Positions 17,936-26,720 of a stretch of DNA of 33,811 nt are shown one piece after another; position 1 is the stretch's first letter; each line of letters begins with the position of its first letter. A program made the position numbers and the translations under genes. A model generated the notes under the pieces. It saw only the letters and a program-made list of their open reading frames with translations, was not told where the DNA came from and made no database searches. Origin of the DNA: Thermotogaceae bacterium (lineage in GTDB: Bacteria; Thermotogota; Thermotogae; B21-G9; HyVt-16); assembly GCA_011043375.1 (NCBI GenBank), contig DQYP01000102.1, forward strand, positions 1-33,811. Direction: 5' to 3'.

Positions 17936-18298
17936 CTATTCATTTTTTATTATCTCCAATGTTTCACCATTAGGGCCTTTGAAATGGCAATAGGTGAATT
18001 CTCCTGATTTGGTAAGATCAGTTTTCAATTCAACACCAGCATTTTTGATCTTTTCAAAAGCCTGCTTGATATCCTCTGGTTCAAAGGCTATGTGAATATT
18101 GTCGTTGAAATCGATTTTCTTTCCTTTCAACTCATTCGGAGCTATCAGTTCTATCAAAGAGTTTCCCGTTGATAAGAACGCTATTTCATTGCCTTCCACC
18201 TTGAACCTTTTGCTGACCTCTAATCCTAAAAATTCGCGATAAAAATCGATGCTTTTTTCCAGATCACCTGTTATAACAGCTACATGATGAAGTCTCAA
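17936..18298 (-). CDS. VOC-family protein (glyoxalase I / methylmalonyl-CoA epimerase-like)
   Basis: 120-aa ORF with the N-terminal HHVAVITGDLEKSIDFYREFLG pattern typical of the glyoxalase/bleomycin-resistance fold. TTG start with GGAGG upstream. Confidence 0.8.
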   Translation of the reverse strand: MRLHHVAVITGDLEKSIDFYREFLGLEVSKRFKVEGNEIAFLSTGNSLIELIAPNELKGKKIDFNDNIHIAFEPEDIKQAFEKIKNAGVELKTDLTKSGEFTYCHFKGPNGETLEIIKNE

Positions 18299-18333
18299 AT
18301 TCCATACACCTCCTCATAATGTGGATTAAATCC

Positions 18334-19323
18334 TCAGTTTTCACTATTGTTAAAGAGATCTCTCTGTTCAGGAACTAAATTTGGCGGTAATCTGTCATTC
18401 AGAGCAGCAAGCACATTTTCTGCAACCATCACCGCCATTCTTTCCCTTGTTTCAATTGAAGCACTACCTATGTGTGGTGCTAAAACTACATTCTTCATTT
18501 CGAGAAGTTCATCGGTAATCTTGGGTTCGTTCTCAAAAACATCCAAAGCGGCCCCCTTCAATTTTCCACATTTGAGAGCTTTGACGAGTTCTCTTTCATT
18601 TACAACTGCTCCCCTTGAAGTATTTATTAAATATGCACCATCTTTGATAATTTTAAATTCCTTTTTATCTATTAGATGATATGTTTCGTTAGTTAAAGGT
18701 GTATGTAATGTTATGAAATCGGATTTTTTGAGAAGTTCTTCGAGGCTAACAAAGGTTGCGTTTAAATTTCTTTCGAGTTCCTCGTTTTTCTTTGTTCTGC
18801 TATAGTATATAACCTTCATGTTGAATCCTAAGGCCCGCTTTGCAACGGCTTGACCTATTCTTCCAAAACCTATTATACCGAGAGTTTTACCGAAAATATC
18901 GTCACCAAGCAAAAGTTCCGGCCTCCAACCTTCAAATTTTCCTTGTCTGACGAATTCGTCTGCCTCTACGATTCTTCTTGAAACTGCCATTAACAGCGCC
19001 CAAGTCAGATCTGCCGTTGTTTCAGTTAAAACATCTGGGGTATTGGTGACCATTATACCTTTCTTTTTTGCATACTTAACATCTATGTTGTTGTAGCCAA
19101 CAGCATAGTTGGCAATTATTTTTAAATTCTTGAGCTCATCTATCACTTTTTCATCGATATCATCTGCAAGCAAAGTGATCAGGGCATCTGCATCCTTTGC
19201 CATTCCAATTATTTCTTCCCTTTTCAGAAGTTCGTTTTTTTCGTTCACCGAAACCTCAAAGTGTTCTCTCAAAATTTCTAAACCCACTTCTGGTATTTTG
19301 TACGTTACAAAAACTTTTCTCAT
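18334..19323 (-). CDS. D-2-hydroxyacid dehydrogenase (glyoxylate/hydroxypyruvate reductase-like)
   Basis: GIIGFGRIGQAVAKRA is a GxGxxG NAD-binding site. INTSRG and PHIGSAS are catalytic-region motifs. Overall it resembles GyaR/GhrB-type enzymes. Confidence 0.85.
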   Translation of the reverse strand: MRKVFVTYKIPEVGLEILREHFEVSVNEKNELLKREEIIGMAKDADALITLLADDIDEKVIDELKNLKIIANYAVGYNNIDVKYAKKKGIMVTNTPDVLTETTADLTWALLMAVSRRIVEADEFVRQGKFEGWRPELLLGDDIFGKTLGIIGFGRIGQAVAKRALGFNMKVIYYSRTKKNEELERNLNATFVSLEELLKKSDFITLHTPLTNETYHLIDKKEFKIIKDGAYLINTSRGAVVNERELVKALKCGKLKGAALDVFENEPKITDELLEMKNVVLAPHIGSASIETRERMAVMVAENVLAALNDRLPPNLVPEQRDLFNNSEN

Positions 19324-19967
19324 ATCAATTCCCTCACATCGACATATTTCACTCCAATTTTTTCACAACTTGAATCATACTGTGAATCGTTTCCAATCAT
19401 CACACATTTTTCTGGTGAGGTGGATAATTTATCACATATCTCCATGAAATATTTGACATCAGGTTTACAATACTTAGAATTTTCCATGTAAGTGATCAAG
19501 GCAAACTCATCTGGTTTCATTCCACTCCATTTTAATCGCTCAAAAATAGCGATTTTTGGGAATACGGGATTTGTAGCTAAGACCAAATTCTTATTCTCCT
19601 TTCTCAAATCTCGTAGAATCTTTACGAGTTCTTGATTAGGCTTTGTAAGGTGTGAAAGCTTTGGAAATTCTTCCTTATAAAATTTATCGAAGGTTGCTTT
19701 AAGCTCAACTTTTCTATTTTCCAAATTCAGCTTCCCGATCAACGCTTTTAAAAATCTTTCATAGTTGTCGGTGAAACCATCTGGATTTCTCGTTATTTCC
19801 TCAATGCATGACATAACAACGGGAAATATATTCCTCGGATCTATAAAGTTTTTCACATACTCACTTAAAAGTTTAAAATACTCATCTGCAAACCTGATCT
19901 CATCCATCTTTATCAAAGTACCATCGAGATCTGTGAGAATGTAGTCAAATTCACTGAACATGTTCAT
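19320..19967 (-). CDS. HAD-superfamily hydrolase
   Basis: Motif I is LTDLDGTL and the C-terminal motif is IGNDSQYD. ATG 19967 lies 9 nt after GGAGG. The ORF-track GTG 19973 is too close to the SD. Confidence 0.8.
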   Translation of the reverse strand: MNMFSEFDYILTDLDGTLIKMDEIRFADEYFKLLSEYVKNFIDPRNIFPVVMSCIEEITRNPDGFTDNYERFLKALIGKLNLENRKVELKATFDKFYKEEFPKLSHLTKPNQELVKILRDLRKENKNLVLATNPVFPKIAIFERLKWSGMKPDEFALITYMENSKYCKPDVKYFMEICDKLSTSPEKCVMIGNDSQYDSSCEKIGVKYVDVRELI

Positions 19968-22095
19968 TTTCACTTTCCTCCTCCACTATCTCAAAATCTA
20001 TTTCCATTCTTATTTTGTCCGCTGAAACAACCTTTGCTTTCAATTTATCACCAAGTCTATAGATCTTTCTCGATCTCTCACCTATCAACATATTACGGTT
20101 TTCATCGTATATGAAATAATCATTGAGAGTCGAAATGTGTATCAAACCACTTATGGCTTTTTCAGGTATCTCAACGAACAATCCAAATTTTGTTACACTG
20201 GTTACCACAACATCGAAAATTTCACCAATGTGCTGGGATATATATTCAACTTTCTTCATTGCAACTAAATCCCATTCTGCTTCATCGGCTTTTCTTTCTC
20301 TCTCTGAACAATGTTTAGCCACCATAAACAACTTCTTTCGAGCATCTTCCAATTGCTCCTCAGAAAATTTTTCACCCTTTAAAAATCTCTTTAACAACCT
20401 GTGTACAATCAAATCAGGATATCTCCTGATTGGAGAAGTAAAATGAGTGTAAGAGTAAGATGCAAGTCCAAAGTGCCCTATGTTGGTCTCAGAATACATA
20501 GCGCGTTTCATCGATCTAACCAACAATCTTTCAACACTACTTCTCAAAGGATGGTTTTCTGTTGCTTCAAGAAGCTTCTGAAGCGTCCCAGGATGCACCT
20601 TTTTCGGAAAATTGACTTTTATTCCCAGTACACTCAAATACATTTTTAGCTCCATTATCTCCTCGAGTTCTGGTTCCTCATGTACCCTGTATAAGAATGG
20701 GAGATCAAATTTGTCGAAGATCTCTGCAACGGTTTCATTTGCTTTTATCATGAACTCTTCAATCAATATCTCTGCTATTCCCCGTCTACGTGGGACGATA
20801 TCAATAGGCCACTTTTTTTCATTTAGAATCATTTTTACTTCATCACTTTTTATATCGATGATAGCTCCTCTTTCCTTCCTTCGTGTCCTGAGTATTTTTG
20901 CAAGTTTCGCCATCAATCTCAATTTTTCAGAGATTTCCTCTCCAAGGTTGGTTGCAACTAACTCATCGTTGTCTTCAAGAAGTCTATTCACTTCGGAATA
21001 GGTGAGTCTTTTTTTGCTCCTTATAACTGATTCATTTATTTCATAATTCACAATATCACCCTTTGGAGTTATTTCCATCTCTATACTCATGGTCAACCTG
21101 TCTTTTCCTTCAACCAGGCTACATATACCGTTTGACAACTTGAAAGGTAACATCGGTATCACAGTATCGATTAGATAAACACTCGTTCCCCTGCTGTAAG
21201 CTTCTCTATCAAGTGCAGAGCCCTCTTTAACGTAGTGCGAAACATCGGCAATATGAACTCCCAATAGATAATTTCCATTATCAAGGAGCTCTATCGAAAC
21301 AGCATCATCGAAATCTTTTGCATCCTCTCCATCTATGGTGAACACTATCTTATCTCTGAAATCTTTCCTACCTTTAAGATCTCTTTTATAAACCCTTGTT
21401 GGAATTTTTTTCGTCTCTTCTATAACCTCCTCCGGAAACTCTTCAGGCAGATTGTGTTTCACAAGCACTATTGGTAGATCATTGCTCGGATCGTCCACAT
21501 TTCCCAAGACACTTATCACTTTTGCTTCGGGATTTTTTGCCTTCGTTGGATACTTGATGATCTTAGCCACAACCAATTGGCCTGGACGTGCTCCTCCAAA
21601 ATTTTCACTGGATACATAAAAATCATAATTTATTTTTGGATCAACAGGTACGATGAATCCGAACAAACCTCGAGTTTCAAAAACTCCTACGATTTTTTTG
21701 AGGGAACGTTCCACGATCTGGACAACCAATCCTTTTTTCAACAATCCCCTGTGCCCGATTATCTCAGCGACAACTTTATCACCGTGCATGGCATTTTTCA
21801 TGTTCTCAAGTGGAATAAAGATACTTTCACCTTCTGGCGTAGTTAAATATGCTGCAGTACCTCGTCTAGTGAATTCAAGTTTTCCGAAAACAATCGAATC
21901 ACCAATTCTTCTATATTTTCCTCTGGAATCACGAAAAATATAGCCTTCTTTGATTAATTCCTTCAAAATACTCCTCAATTTTTTCCTTTGATCTTTCCCC
22001 TTTATCCTCAATAGTTTACAAAGTTCTTTCAAAGTTGAAGGTGAATAATCGGGGCTCTCAAAAAACTTCAAAATGTTCTTTTTGCTGATTGTCAT
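19951..22095 (-). CDS. rnr: Ribonuclease R
   Basis: 714-aa ORF with N-terminal winged-helix/CSD regions and an RNB catalytic domain (DGEDAKDFDDAVS, SPIRRYPDLIVHR). C-terminal S1 domain (GEIFDVVVTSVTKFGLFVEI). Confidence 0.95.
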   Translation of the reverse strand: MTISKKNILKFFESPDYSPSTLKELCKLLRIKGKDQRKKLRSILKELIKEGYIFRDSRGKYRRIGDSIVFGKLEFTRRGTAAYLTTPEGESIFIPLENMKNAMHGDKVVAEIIGHRGLLKKGLVVQIVERSLKKIVGVFETRGLFGFIVPVDPKINYDFYVSSENFGGARPGQLVVAKIIKYPTKAKNPEAKVISVLGNVDDPSNDLPIVLVKHNLPEEFPEEVIEETKKIPTRVYKRDLKGRKDFRDKIVFTIDGEDAKDFDDAVSIELLDNGNYLLGVHIADVSHYVKEGSALDREAYSRGTSVYLIDTVIPMLPFKLSNGICSLVEGKDRLTMSIEMEITPKGDIVNYEINESVIRSKKRLTYSEVNRLLEDNDELVATNLGEEISEKLRLMAKLAKILRTRRKERGAIIDIKSDEVKMILNEKKWPIDIVPRRRGIAEILIEEFMIKANETVAEIFDKFDLPFLYRVHEEPELEEIMELKMYLSVLGIKVNFPKKVHPGTLQKLLEATENHPLRSSVERLLVRSMKRAMYSETNIGHFGLASYSYTHFTSPIRRYPDLIVHRLLKRFLKGEKFSEEQLEDARKKLFMVAKHCSERERKADEAEWDLVAMKKVEYISQHIGEIFDVVVTSVTKFGLFVEIPEKAISGLIHISTLNDYFIYDENRNMLIGERSRKIYRLGDKLKAKVVSADKIRMEIDFEIVEEESENEHVQ

Positions 22096-23894
22096 ACTGA
22101 TTCCTCCCTATCGAATGGAGAATTTTTCTCCAATTCCAATTTCATTGATTCCAATTTTTCCAACTCCCTAAGAATTTCATTTTCTTTTTTATCTATCTCT
22201 TCAATTTCAGAATTAATCTCCATGAGTTTTTTATAATCGTTTTCTTGATACAACCTCCGGTTGAGATTTCTTCTCTCTTCGGCCAATTCTTCTATTAGCC
22301 TCTCAAGTTCATGAAAACGTTCGTTGATCTTTTTTAATCTGTTCCTGAGTTTTTTTCTCTCAAAATAACTGAGTTTATTATCGCTCGAGTTTACAAAATC
22401 ATCATCCTCTTTCAAAATATCAAGATAGTTCTCTAAATTACTTATCTCAATGATTCCATCTTCTTTCAAAACCATGAACTTATTGCACACCCTCTCTATT
22501 AAATATCTATCATGTGAAACCAACAACAAAGTGCCTGAATATTCTCTCAAAACATCTTCAAGCATTTGGGTGGTTGGTATATCTAAGTGATTCGTCGGCT
22601 CATCAAGAATCAAAAAATTCGGCTTAGCTATGAGATTTACTGCAAGCGATAATCTCAATCTCTCACCACCGCTCAAAATTTTGACAGGTTTGAAAACATC
22701 TTCACCTATGAAGCCGAATCTTCCAACATATGCTCTTACTTCATGATCGTTCCATTGCGGAGTCAGCGATTTTACAACATCGAAAACAACGTCGGCTGAA
22801 AAAATTTCGTTGTGGTTTTGTGTCAAAAAGCAAAATCTTACATTATGGCCAAGGGTGATTTCCCCAGAATAATCTATTTCATTGGTTATACATTTCAACA
22901 AGGTAGTTTTTCCAATTCCATTGCGTCCAAGCAGTGCTATCTTTTCTCCAGAATGTATTTCAAAACTCACTTTCTCGAAAACACTTTTATTACCGAATTT
23001 TTTACTCAGGTTCTTCACTTTCAGTACTATTTCGCCACTTCTTTTTGGCTCCGGTATCTTTATATTCACAGTTTCCCAATCTTCTATTAAAAAATGTGAC
23101 TCCATTTGTTTCGATAGTTTTTCAAAAGCTTTCAATCTGCTTTTCCCAACCTTGCTCAATTTCTTATCACCCGTCTGAAGAAATTTTCTCGCTTGTTCTT
23201 CAAGTTTACTCAATTTCTGCATCTTATTTTGATAGGATCTCCTTAATTCTTTTTGCAATCTCTTTCGGTTCTCGATGTAATCGTCATAATCTCCCTTAAA
23301 CTTCAACAGCCTTCTATTGTTTATTTCCCAAAAACACTGAGCAAATTTTTTCAAGATGTACCGATCATGACTAACTATCACAATGGCACCGCTGAAATTC
23401 TGAAGATTGCGCATGAATATTTCTATACCCAATAGATCAAGATGATTCGTGGGTTCATCGAAAAGTAAGAGGTCATAATCAGAGAGGAACAACTTGGCAA
23501 GTGAAATTCTTGTCAACTCTCCACCACTGAAATACTTCAATCTTTTGTTCCAATCCTCTTCTCTTATTCCAAAACCCTTTAACAGACTTCTCACTCGTCT
23601 ATCAATCGAAGGGTCATCTTTTGATAGATCTTCTTTCATCCAATCAAAAAGATTCACCTCAACATTATCCACCCTGAATTGGTCTTGATAACCTATTTTT
23701 ATCCCATTCTTTTGCTCTATAAAACCCTCTGTAGGTTTCAATTCACCATGCATTATCTTTAAAAGAGTGGTTTTACCCGAACCATTGGGCCCAACTAAAG
23801 CTATCCTTTCTCCAAAATAGATAGTTTGATTTATATTTCTAAATATGTACCCATCACCGTAATCAAATCCAACGTTTGAAAGTTTCAAAAGCAT
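22092..23894 (-). CDS. ABC-F family ATPase (two NBDs, no TMD, C-terminal coiled coil)
   Basis: Walker A motifs GPNGSGKTT and GRNGIGKTT, signatures FSGGELTRISLA and LSGGERLRLSLA, and an inter-domain linker. ATG 23894 lies 7 nt after GGAGG. The ORF-track TTG 23900 abuts the SD. Confidence 0.9.
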   Translation of the reverse strand: MLLKLSNVGFDYGDGYIFRNINQTIYFGERIALVGPNGSGKTTLLKIMHGELKPTEGFIEQKNGIKIGYQDQFRVDNVEVNLFDWMKEDLSKDDPSIDRRVRSLLKGFGIREEDWNKRLKYFSGGELTRISLAKLFLSDYDLLLFDEPTNHLDLLGIEIFMRNLQNFSGAIVIVSHDRYILKKFAQCFWEINNRRLLKFKGDYDDYIENRKRLQKELRRSYQNKMQKLSKLEEQARKFLQTGDKKLSKVGKSRLKAFEKLSKQMESHFLIEDWETVNIKIPEPKRSGEIVLKVKNLSKKFGNKSVFEKVSFEIHSGEKIALLGRNGIGKTTLLKCITNEIDYSGEITLGHNVRFCFLTQNHNEIFSADVVFDVVKSLTPQWNDHEVRAYVGRFGFIGEDVFKPVKILSGGERLRLSLAVNLIAKPNFLILDEPTNHLDIPTTQMLEDVLREYSGTLLLVSHDRYLIERVCNKFMVLKEDGIIEISNLENYLDILKEDDDFVNSSDNKLSYFERKKLRNRLKKINERFHELERLIEELAEERRNLNRRLYQENDYKKLMEINSEIEEIDKKENEILRELEKLESMKLELEKNSPFDREESV

Positions 23895-23912
23895 TTTCAA
23901 ACCTCCTTCGAG

Positions 23913-23921
23913 ATTATACCA
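23913..23921 (-). promoter_or_regulatory. Extended -10 promoter element (TGgTATAAT) for the minus-strand gene array
   Basis: The reverse complement of 23913-23921 reads TGGTATAAT, a perfect TATAAT with an upstream TG. It sits about 10 nt upstream of the ABC-F SD. There is no good -35 element. Confidence 0.45.
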
Positions 23922-23930
23922 TGATTTTCA

Positions 23931-23939
23931 TGATAGAAT
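23931..23939 (+). promoter_or_regulatory. Extended -10-like element (TGaTAGAAT) for the plus-strand M50-to-uvrA array
   Basis: TGATAGAAT at 23931-23939 lies about 8 nt upstream of GGGAGG (23947-23952). It uses the same TAGAAT hexamer as the promoter at 1141-1146. Confidence 0.35.
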
Positions 23940-23962
23940 TATAGACGGGAGGATTGATAAGG

Positions 23963-24625
23963 ATGTTGAGTGGCATAAAAGAATATATGAAAGAAATCTT
24001 AGCAGCTTTTCCGGCAGTTTTATTTGCTATAGTCATTCACGAGGTCTCACACGGATACGTGGCATACTTGCTTGGAGATGATACAGCAAAAAGAGCTGGA
24101 AGGCTCACTTTGAATCCTATTAAACATTTGGATCCTATAGGTACTTTAATGCTCGTACTATTTCATTTTGGTTGGGCAAGGCCTGTCCCTGTGAACTTTT
24201 GGAAATTAAAGCACATGAAACGAGATATAATATTAGTGTCCTTAGCAGGTCCAGCTGCGAATTTTCTAATGGCTTTTTTGGTAGGAATCGTTTATTTCAA
24301 ATTTAAACTGTTCAGATATTCAACCTTTTTTGGATACGCGATTCCAACTGAACCTTTATTGATGTATTTCTGTGATGTCATGGCGTATTTATTGTTCATA
24401 AACCTCGTCTTAGCCATTTTCAACCTTATTCCAATACCACCCTTGGACGGTTCAAAGATAATAATGGCGGTCTTACCGGAGAAATACATGATGTGGTATG
24501 CAAAATATGAAGTGTATGGTACTATTGTTTTACTCGTTTTAGTTCTATTGGGAATAATGCAGATGATAATGAATCCAGTGCTGAATTTTTTTATAAGTGC
24601 ATTGCAAAAACTGTTTTTGCAATAA
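23963..24625 (+). CDS. Site-2 protease family (peptidase M50) membrane metalloprotease, PDZ-less
   Basis: HEVSHG is an HExxH motif inside a transmembrane segment. NLIPIPPLDGS matches the NxxPxxxLDG second metal-ligand motif. Several hydrophobic helices are present. ATG 23963 lies 10 nt after GGAGG. Confidence 0.85.
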   Translation: MLSGIKEYMKEILAAFPAVLFAIVIHEVSHGYVAYLLGDDTAKRAGRLTLNPIKHLDPIGTLMLVLFHFGWARPVPVNFWKLKHMKRDIILVSLAGPAANFLMAFLVGIVYFKFKLFRYSTFFGYAIPTEPLLMYFCDVMAYLLFINLVLAIFNLIPIPPLDGSKIIMAVLPEKYMMWYAKYEVYGTIVLLVLVLLGIMQMIMNPVLNFFISALQKLFLQ

Positions 24626-25511
24626 CAAACAGGTGGTGGAAAAATTGTTTGAGTTAAATTTGAGAATAGAGGGCTTTCCTAATAAATCATTGGTGGATTT
24701 TTTTCTTTCACGAGTTAAACCAAAAAAGAACAAATACGAGATACTCATAACCAACAACGAAAATGATGTTGAAGAGAATGGGGTTGTGATCTTGACACTC
24801 GAGGATACAGCAATAATCTACGATAATTCAGTTGAGATAGCCAGGATCAAACTCGACGTGAATACCATTCCATTCATATGGGCACTGGGAATTGAAAGGA
24901 CATTGAAAAAAGGATTTGACGAACTCTTTTACGATAAGCTTGCGAGTAGAAAAATGGTGAGCAAAATTTTACAATCCTTGGTTGTTCTCATGGAGGTTGA
25001 GGATGAAGACGGTTTCAGTCACTCACAAAGGGTGACGAATCTTTTACTCGATTTAGCGAAAGAATTGAAATACCCACGAAAGAAACTGGAATATCTCAGA
25101 GAGTTTGGAATGTTACACGATGTTGGAAAAATAGGTATTGAACAATTGATGCTTTATTCCCCCACGAGGATAAGGGTTTTTGAGAATACAGGTGAGGATC
25201 ACACGATCTTAGGATCGGTTTATCTTGCCACCATTCCAGTTTTAGCGGATTTAGCCCCTTTAGTTAGGTCACATCATGAAAGATGGGATGGAAAGGGATT
25301 TCCAGATGGTTTGAAAGGCGAGGAAATTCCCTATGAATCACGTATGCTCGCAGTATGTGATTGGTATGATATAGCTACAAATTTTGTGATGACAGAGATA
25401 TACAACGATGTCATGGAACCAGAAATTGCTTTGAAATACATACAGACGGACAGGGCCTTTGATCCGAAAATAGCCAAAGCCTTTGTTGAAATGATGAAAA
25501 AAAGGATTTGA
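24597..25511 (+). CDS. HD-GYP domain protein with an unassigned ~130-aa N-terminal domain
   Basis: HSQRV, MLHDVGK and HHERWDGKGFPDGL form an HD-GYP signature with GFP in place of GYP. The start is ambiguous: GTG 24597 overlaps the M50 gene by 29 nt, and in-frame alternatives are GTG 24633/24636 and TTG 24645, the last following GGTGGTGG. Confidence 0.85.
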   Translation: MHCKNCFCNNKQVVEKLFELNLRIEGFPNKSLVDFFLSRVKPKKNKYEILITNNENDVEENGVVILTLEDTAIIYDNSVEIARIKLDVNTIPFIWALGIERTLKKGFDELFYDKLASRKMVSKILQSLVVLMEVEDEDGFSHSQRVTNLLLDLAKELKYPRKKLEYLREFGMLHDVGKIGIEQLMLYSPTRIRVFENTGEDHTILGSVYLATIPVLADLAPLVRSHHERWDGKGFPDGLKGEEIPYESRMLAVCDWYDIATNFVMTEIYNDVMEPEIALKYIQTDRAFDPKIAKAFVEMMKKRI

Positions 25512-25546
25512 CTCCATTTTAAAACGGTCACAGAGGGTGAGGAGCC

Positions 25547-26698
25547 ATGAAAATCATAAAAAGGTTTGGATTCCTGCTCGTGATTTTGTTGATTCTCGGC
25601 GCGACTGCTTTTTGTTCCTCCGTGAATATCAGTTTGAGTCCCGGTGATTGGATAGAATTAACAGGTACTTACAAACTGCCAGGTGCATACATTCGAGACG
25701 GGAGAACGTTCTGGAGAATCGATGCCCACTTTGAAAAAACGAAATTAGATTACAACGGAATCACGATAACAATTGAATCATCTGAAGTGATCGGCGATGA
25801 TGCCACGGTATTGTTTGTGGATACCGGAGAGGGCGAAAAAACAACTTGGAATTACCTGAAAAATCTTTTAGACAACTCGAAGAGATTTATCTATGCATGC
25901 ATCTATAATATAGATTATAGACCATTCACAACAGAACTACAGAAGCTGAAAAATAAGGGAATAGATGTGAAAGTGATAACGGAACTAGATAATCGAAACA
26001 CTCTGTGTGATGAATTGAGCGCTGTATACGATAAAAATCCCAAGTTGATGCATAACAAGTTCTTGGTGATCGACGGTTATGTTGTTGTAACTGGAAGTTT
26101 GAACTTCACAGAGAACGGTTTTAGAAAGAACAACAATAATATCGTTGTGTTTTACTCGAATGAACTTGCTCAGGAATACATGGACGAATTCAGTGAGCTG
26201 TTGAAAGGAACCTTTGGTTCAGGAAGGTTCGAACCGATCTTAGTACGAACCGACCTTGGAACGGTTTTGCCCGTTTTCACACCAGATGACTTGGAAGCAA
26301 CTAAAAAGATAATCAGCCTTATCGATCGCGCAACGAAATCCATTCATTTGATGATGTTTACCTTTACCTCCAAAGATATAGCAATGGCACTGTTCAGAGC
26401 TAAAAGGCGAGGGGTAGACGTCAGGGTAATCCTAGAGGAGTTTCAAGCATACAACAGATGGTCTGTTTACAAAATTCTCAAGGATAATGGGATCCCAGTG
26501 ATCCTTGATAAAAATCCCGGTGTTTTTCACCACAAGGTACTAATTATTGATGGAAAATACACTTTAACTGGTTCGTTCAATTACACACATTCTGCTCAAA
26601 AGTATAACGATGAAAATTTCCTGATTATAACAAGTCCGGTGATATCCAAAGTTTTTGAAAAAAAATTTGAATGCTATTGGCGAAACTGGTCAAAATGA
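25547..26698 (+). CDS. Secreted/anchored phospholipase D-superfamily protein with two HKD motifs (Nuc-like tandem)
   Basis: Signal/anchor sequence FGFLLVILLILGATAFC. The two HKD motifs are HNKFLVIDGYVVVTGSLNFT and HHKVLIIDGKYTLTGSFNYT. Confidence 0.9.
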   Translation: MKIIKRFGFLLVILLILGATAFCSSVNISLSPGDWIELTGTYKLPGAYIRDGRTFWRIDAHFEKTKLDYNGITITIESSEVIGDDATVLFVDTGEGEKTTWNYLKNLLDNSKRFIYACIYNIDYRPFTTELQKLKNKGIDVKVITELDNRNTLCDELSAVYDKNPKLMHNKFLVIDGYVVVTGSLNFTENGFRKNNNNIVVFYSNELAQEYMDEFSELLKGTFGSGRFEPILVRTDLGTVLPVFTPDDLEATKKIISLIDRATKSIHLMMFTFTSKDIAMALFRAKRRGVDVRVILEEFQAYNRWSVYKILKDNGIPVILDKNPGVFHHKVLIIDGKYTLTGSFNYTHSAQKYNDENFLIITSPVISKVFEKKFECYWRNWSK

Positions 26699-26720
26699 TT
26701 TTATAGGAGGGTATTATTGA

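Noticed and set aside
20612-21001. 129-aa plus-strand ORF inside rnr. Similar shadow ORFs occur at 20123-20446, 21577-21943, 22812-23299 and 12556-13191.
   Set aside because: All lie antisense to long, motif-rich CDSs. They show serine/phenylalanine-rich junk composition and lack ribosome-binding sites.
24597-26698. HD-GYP plus PLD as a cyclic-nucleotide-based anti-phage effector pair
   Set aside because: There is no cyclase, sensor, SAVED or CARF component. The PLD protein carries an export signal, so it would not meet cytoplasmic phage DNA. The flanking genes are core (M50, glmM, uvrA), with no sign of an island boundary.
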